A stretch of 6,273 nt of DNA from Candidatus Odinarchaeota archaeon (GTDB taxonomy: Archaea; Asgardarchaeota; Odinarchaeia; Odinarchaeales; Odinarchaeaceae), in assembly GCA_038826135.1 (NCBI GenBank), contig JAWBON010000068.1, positions 1 through 6,273 of the forward strand, read 5' to 3'. Below the pieces are notes generated by a model that was given only the letters and a program-made list of their open reading frames with translations, was not told the DNA's origin and made no database searches. Both the position numbers and the translations under genes were made by a program. Positions 1-3,298 of this stretch are shown here, piece after piece (positions within the stretch are counted from its first letter, which is position 1; each line of letters opens with the position of its first letter).

Positions 1-1
1 T

Positions 2-1180
2 AGGGAGTGGCTTTCTGCTCTTATTAGAAAATTAAATTTCAATAATTGTTTAACTTTATTGGAAGAGTTCCCTTTCACTAATCCTGAAGATGTATCTAGA
101 AACCCGATGAGTTTTCTCTCCGTCCCTTTAACTGATATAGTGGGCTTCCACTTCACGGCGGGTACAACCGGTAAAAGGAAGCTTTTATATGTTACAAAAG
201 AGGATTTGGATTTAATCGTGTATAATTATTCTCTGGGTTTTTTATGGAGCGGTATTGGTCAAAGTGATATAGCTCAGATAATGTATTCTTTTGATATTTG
301 GCAGCTCGGATTACTGTTTCAAGACGCTTTTAGAAGGCTTGGAGTTAAAACTATACCTACAGGTAACTTGATTACTTTTCGTGAACAGCAGAATTTTATA
401 GAGGAGTATAATGTCAGTGTTTTAGCTGGGACTCCATCCTATATTTACCAGTTGGCAAGAGCAATTGACTTACAAAATTCTGTTAGGGAGCGCGTTAAAG
501 CTGTTATGCTGGGCGGGGAGGGGCTTCCTAAAACTAGAAGGGAGTATATTCAGGATAGGTTAGGGGGGGAGGTGTTTTTAGGCTATGGTTTAATGGAGAT
601 AGGGGGAGGTGTAGCTTCAGAGTGTAGTATGCATAATGGTTTACATATTTCAACCACGGTGATACCTGAAATAGTTGATATTAAAACAGGTGAACGGGTC
701 GGTGTAGAGGAATATGGGGAGCTGGTTTTAACCTCCTTGGATAGATATGGAATGCCATTTATCCGTTACAGGACGGGGGATGTTACTAGGTTCATAGACG
801 GTGTCTGTGATTGCGGTTTAATTCTTCCAAGAATAGATTATATTAAAGGCCGGCTTGATGACAGGGTGACTCTTGGAACCGCTGAGAAATATTATCCAAT
901 AGTTTTTGAAGAGCTTTTTGAATCCATAGAAGAGGTTATTGACTTTCAAATAGAGGTAACAGGTGTGGACGGCAGGGATGGTTTGAAAATACTGGTTAAA
1001 GCTGATAAGCCTTCAAAGGATTTGGAAAGAAAAATCATTGGGAAATTATATAGTGTAAGCGGTCTTAGAAATGATATTGAAAAAACTAAGACGATTAATC
1101 GTCCTAAAATCGTTTTTACAAATCAGTTAGAGAACTATCCTAAGAGAAAAATTATAATTGATAAGAGGCGGGCTGGTTAG
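2..1180 (+). CDS. Phenylacetate-CoA ligase (PaaK) / coenzyme F390 synthetase-like adenylate-forming enzyme, 5'-truncated by the window edge
   Basis: The frame is open from position 2 (AGG GAG TGG CTT ... TTA TTG GAA), so the TTG at 59 in the ORF track is probably an internal Leu and the true start lies upstream. ANL/PaaK-family motifs: P-loop FHFTAGTTGK (usually H-x-SSGTTG), GTPSY, GGE, YGLMEIGGG, PEIVD-x-KTGE, GELVLTSL...PFIRYRTGD, C-x-CG...GRLDD, and C-terminal KRKIIIDKR. The substrate cannot be assigned. Confidence 0.85.
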   Translation, partial: REWLSALIRKLNFNNCLTLLEEFPFTNPEDVSRNPMSFLSVPLTDIVGFHFTAGTTGKRKLLYVTKEDLDLIVYNYSLGFLWSGIGQSDIAQIMYSFDIWQLGLLFQDAFRRLGVKTIPTGNLITFREQQNFIEEYNVSVLAGTPSYIYQLARAIDLQNSVRERVKAVMLGGEGLPKTRREYIQDRLGGEVFLGYGLMEIGGGVASECSMHNGLHISTTVIPEIVDIKTGERVGVEEYGELVLTSLDRYGMPFIRYRTGDVTRFIDGVCDCGLILPRIDYIKGRLDDRVTLGTAEKYYPIVFEELFESIEEVIDFQIEVTGVDGRDGLKILVKADKPSKDLERKIIGKLYSVSGLRNDIEKTKTINRPKIVFTNQLENYPKRKIIIDKRRAG

Positions 1181-1611
1181 ACCAGTGTTATTTTATGCGT
1201 GAAAGTAGTTTTTATCTGGGGTGTAATCGCTCTTGTTAGGTGGCAGTAGTGAATAGCCAGCTCCAAGCATTCTTTTAACTTATCCTCTTGGCTTTTAAGT
1301 CCGGTTATTTCGAATTGAAATAATAATTCTTTAATATAGTATCCGTCCCTTGTAGACTGAACTTTACTGGTTGCCGCTACATTCAGCTGTGTCAGTTTTA
1401 ACCTCATCTTCTTACTTATGTATAAGTATGTTTCTAGTAAGCATCCTGAAATAGCTGCTAGAAAGATTTCATCGGAGCAATAATGTTTTCCTTCACCGCC
1501 GAATTCTTTTGACATGTCAAATTTTAAAGGCGGATTCTCTTTAAAATAAGCTTGACCACCAGTTTTTTTATCCCATTCTAATTTAACATTATACTCTAAG
1601 TTCTCAGACAA
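1177..1611 (-). CDS. OsmC/Ohr-family protein
   Basis: 144 aa, TTG start with GGTG 6 nt upstream. Family pattern: N-terminal V-x-L-x-W strand, 'D...EFGGEG', 'DEIFLAAISGC' (first conserved Cys) and 'HYCHLTRAI' (second conserved Cys). Confidence 0.8.
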   Translation of the reverse strand: MSENLEYNVKLEWDKKTGGQAYFKENPPLKFDMSKEFGGEGKHYCSDEIFLAAISGCLLETYLYISKKMRLKLTQLNVAATSKVQSTRDGYYIKELLFQFEITGLKSQEDKLKECLELAIHYCHLTRAITPQIKTTFTHKITLV

Positions 1612-1617
1612 TTAAAA

Positions 1618-1621
1618 CACC
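1618..1621 (-). promoter_or_regulatory. Shine-Dalgarno-like GGTG for the OsmC-like gene
   Basis: The minus strand reads CGGTG-TTTTAA-TTG. The same core and 6-nt spacing occur before ileS (CGGTG-TTAAAA-ATG). Confidence 0.6.
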
Positions 1622-1636
1622 GTTACATATTTTCAG

Positions 1637-3061
1637 CTAAGAGGGTGCGGATAGTTTGAATTCATCATGTATTGCTTGAAGTGCTTTTGAAATATCCAGT
1701 CTGGGTATTACTAGGGAGATGTTCATTTCACTACTGCCCTGCGCGATAGCTATAATGTTAATGTTTCTTTCAGCTAGGGATTTGAATATTCTTGCAGCTA
1801 TTCCAGGCGTGTTCAACATGCCCGCTCCAACTACAGCTATAAGGCTTACATCGTTTACAGCGTTAATTTTTATCCATCTGCGACCGAAGAAATCTGAGGC
1901 TTTTAGCACGGCTTCGGATCTATCTTTATCAGCACGGTCAACTACCAGGGTTATGTTATTCTCTGAAGAGGCTTGACTGATCATTATTATGTTAATATTA
2001 TTATTTCCGAGTATTTCGAAAAGTTTAGCGGCTGTTCCTGGAAGTGAAACCATAGCCGCCCCTTCAACGGTGATCAATGCAACATCTTCCTTAGCTGTTA
2101 AAGCTTTAACAATATCTCTTTTAACCTGCCTTTCAGTTGTAAAAGTCGTGTAGTCTGAACTGAGAGGTTTTGAAAAATTTCTTATCTCCATAGGGATTTT
2201 CTTCTCTTCAAGTGGGATAAGGCACATTGGATGAATTATCTTAGATCCGAAGAAGGCGAGTTCCTTAGCCTCCCTGTAGGAGATATTCTTTATAAGTTTC
2301 GCGTTAGGGACGTATTTCGGATTAGCTGTTAGAAGACCGTCTACATCCTTCCAGAGTATAACTTTAGTTTGCTTGAATGATTCAACTATACTGTAGGCTA
2401 TAAGGGTGGCTGTGAAATCGCTTCCGCCTCTACCCAAGGTGGTCACGAACCCGTCTTCACTTTTAGCTAAAAACCCTGTCACTACAGGTATTTCACCGTT
2501 TTTTATAACTGGTATCAGCTGGCTTTCTATAAGCTTTTTTGTCTTATCTAGTTTAGGAAGAGCGTTAGTGTAGTTGCTATCTGTTATTATCAGGTTGTCA
2601 GCTTGAAAGAATCTTACAGGGTGACCCTTAGACTTCAGATAATAGTATAAGATTGAGGTTGAGAAGCGTTCACCGAATGCGATTACTTGATCTGTTAGCT
2701 GCGGGTTTATCAAGCAGAGATCATATATTTTCGTTAACGCTTCTTTTAACTGAGTGGATAGATCGGATAGAAAAGATGAGACTAAATTAAGATTCGCCTC
2801 GTCTTTTATCACTTCGCCTGCAATCTTTAAATGTTTATCTTTCAGTTCTTTAATAACATCTTCAGGCTTTATTGAATGAGTGTTACAGTCTTGCATGAAC
2901 TTTATAAGCTGGTTTGTAACCCCTTGCATAGCGGAAGCTACTAAAATTAAACCACCGTTCTTATAGTTGTCTACTATAGTCAGTATTTTCTCAAAGCTTT
3001 TCTCATCTATAAGACAGCTTCCGCCTAGTTTATGGACTGTTACATTGCTTATCTGGCTCAT
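1637..3061 (-). CDS. lysC: Monofunctional aspartate kinase with two C-terminal ACT domains, resembling the threonine-sensitive Methanocaldococcus-type enzyme
   Basis: 474 aa. Kinase motifs: HKLGGS (KFGG motif), VASAMQGVTNQL, D-x-x-x-x-x-GER, VVTGF...TTLGRGGSDFTA, WKDVDG...ANP, SY-x-EA-x-ELA-x-FGSKIIHP. Two ACT repeats: PGTAAKLFEIL...INIIMISQASSE and PGIAARIFKSL...INIIAIAQGSSE. No homoserine dehydrogenase domain. The allosteric effector is inferred. Confidence 0.95.
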   Translation of the reverse strand: MSQISNVTVHKLGGSCLIDEKSFEKILTIVDNYKNGGLILVASAMQGVTNQLIKFMQDCNTHSIKPEDVIKELKDKHLKIAGEVIKDEANLNLVSSFLSDLSTQLKEALTKIYDLCLINPQLTDQVIAFGERFSTSILYYYLKSKGHPVRFFQADNLIITDSNYTNALPKLDKTKKLIESQLIPVIKNGEIPVVTGFLAKSEDGFVTTLGRGGSDFTATLIAYSIVESFKQTKVILWKDVDGLLTANPKYVPNAKLIKNISYREAKELAFFGSKIIHPMCLIPLEEKKIPMEIRNFSKPLSSDYTTFTTERQVKRDIVKALTAKEDVALITVEGAAMVSLPGTAAKLFEILGNNNINIIMISQASSENNITLVVDRADKDRSEAVLKASDFFGRRWIKINAVNDVSLIAVVGAGMLNTPGIAARIFKSLAERNINIIAIAQGSSEMNISLVIPRLDISKALQAIHDEFKLSAPS

Positions 3062-3080
3062 ACAATCACATCGGATAGTG

Positions 3081-3099
3081 TTAAAAAGCTGTTTTTTAA
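3081..3099. promoter_or_regulatory. AT-rich palindrome TTAAAAA-N5-TTTTTAA between the tRNA 3' end and the aspartate kinase start; could be a TATA element, oligo-T terminator or operator
   Basis: The + strand 3081-3099 is ttaaaaa gctgt tttttaa. On the minus strand it supplies TTTTTAA 26-20 nt upstream of the kinase ATG and a T5 run 14 nt after the tRNA CCA. Function not established. Confidence 0.35.
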
Positions 3100-3131
3100 A
3101 TGGTGGGAGCGATGGGATTCGGACCCATGAC

Positions 3132-3151
3132 CTCCGGTTGATATCTTTAAT
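3132..3151 (-). other. tRNA intron 3 (20 nt, non-canonical position 45/46, variable loop)
   Basis: CCGG AA|A TT AAAGATATC AA CCGG AG|G TC. Central helix CCGG/CCGG, 3-nt bulges AAA and AGG, inner helix TT/AA. The outer helix is only a G-U pair, so this is a relaxed BHB. Confidence 0.85.
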
Positions 3152-3159
3152 TTCCGGCT

Positions 3160-3194
3160 TTCTCAGAGTGTTGCTCTTGTGAAGAGCGCGGTCG
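3160..3194 (-). other. tRNA intron 2 (35 nt, canonical position 37/38)
   Basis: Strict BHB. Outer helix CCGGC/GCCGG, central helix CUUA/UGAG (one U-G pair), bulges UA|C and AA|A, inner helix GA/UC, plus internal hairpin GCUCUU-CAC-AAGAGC. Confidence 0.9.
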
Positions 3195-3211
3195 TATAAG
3201 GCCGGCGCTCT

Positions 3212-3228
3212 TTCTGGATCTCTATGTT
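3212..3228 (-). other. tRNA intron 1 (17 nt, non-canonical position 20a/21, D-loop)
   Basis: CTGG TT|A ACATAGAGAT CCAG AA|A GAGC. Central helix CUGG/CCAG with 3-nt bulges UUA and AAA. The flanking helices are weak (relaxed BHB or bulge-helix-loop). Removal restores GCUC-AGCCUGGUUA-GAGC. Confidence 0.87.
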
Positions 3229-3278
3229 AACCAGGCTGAGCTACGCTCCCACACTATTACTAATGGTTATCTAAACAT

Positions 3279-3293
3279 TTTTTAAATATTTAG
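3279..3293 (-). promoter_or_regulatory. Putative archaeal BRE/TATA promoter of the tRNA gene
   Basis: The minus strand reads CTAAATA-TTTAAAAA, with the TATA-like octamer 36-29 nt upstream of tRNA G1. This implies a leader of about 5-8 nt. The AT-rich background lowers specificity. Confidence 0.45.
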
Positions 3294-3298
3294 GTATA

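Larger units (their letters stand above)
3101..3250 (-). tRNA. tRNA-Ile(UAU) interrupted by three introns; CCA encoded
   Basis: Exons 3250-3229, 3211-3195, 3159-3152 and 3131-3101 join to 78 nt: GGGAGCG UA GCUC AGCCUGGUUA GAGC G CCGGC CU UAU AA GCCGG AAGUC AUGGG UCCGAAU CCCAU CGCUCCC A CCA. All four stems are fully Watson-Crick (7/4/5/5 bp). U8, A14, G15, G18G19, U33, A37, A58 and discriminator A73 are present. The Ile identity is inferred from the anticodon. Confidence 0.92.

Noticed and set aside
59-61. TTG at 59 as the start of the PaaK-like gene
   Set aside because: The frame is open to the window edge, no GGTG-type RBS precedes it, and the family normally has additional N-terminal sequence.
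511-611. G-rich patch (GGG-C-GGGG-A-GGGG...GGG, G7 at 563-569, repeated TAGGGGG..AGGTG) as a G-quadruplex or phase-variable tract
   Set aside because: It is explained by Gly-rich conserved motifs (LGGEG, LGGEV, IGGGV). The frame is intact and the fourth G-run is 16 nt away.
1719-1976. 85-aa + strand ORF
   Set aside because: It is entirely antisense to the kinase ACT domains, with no motif or RBS.
3134-3145. GAT within GATATCAACCGG as an Ile(GAU) anticodon, with one long upstream intron
   Set aside because: It cannot form a 7-nt loop with U33 and a 5-bp stem. The segment is fully explained as intron 3, and the UAU model gives perfect stems and a strict BHB.
2967-3182. 71-aa + strand ORF
   Set aside because: It lies antisense to the kinase 5' end and the tRNA, has no recognisable motif, and is explained as a shadow ORF.
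3160-3194. Intron 2 as a C/D or H/ACA guide RNA (contains CUGA and ACA)
   Set aside because: There is no box C (RUGAUGA) or K-turn. At 35 nt it is too short, and the UGA of CUGA is used in the BHB helix.
3132-3228. Similarity of intron 1 (AGAGATC) and intron 3 (AGATATC) as evidence of intron transposition
   Set aside because: A 6/7 match in short A-rich loops is within chance.
3092-3287. TTTTTTAAAT direct repeat flanking the tRNA (3092-3101, 3278-3287) as an att site or target-site duplication
   Set aside because: The repeat is low complexity and better explained as TATA-like elements. No integrase or transposase is present, and no tRNA 3' fragment is duplicated in the window.
3062-3298. 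T-box riboswitch or attenuator controlling the kinase
   Set aside because: No T-box or antiterminator motif is present. The region is accounted for by the tRNA, and T-boxes are not known in archaea.
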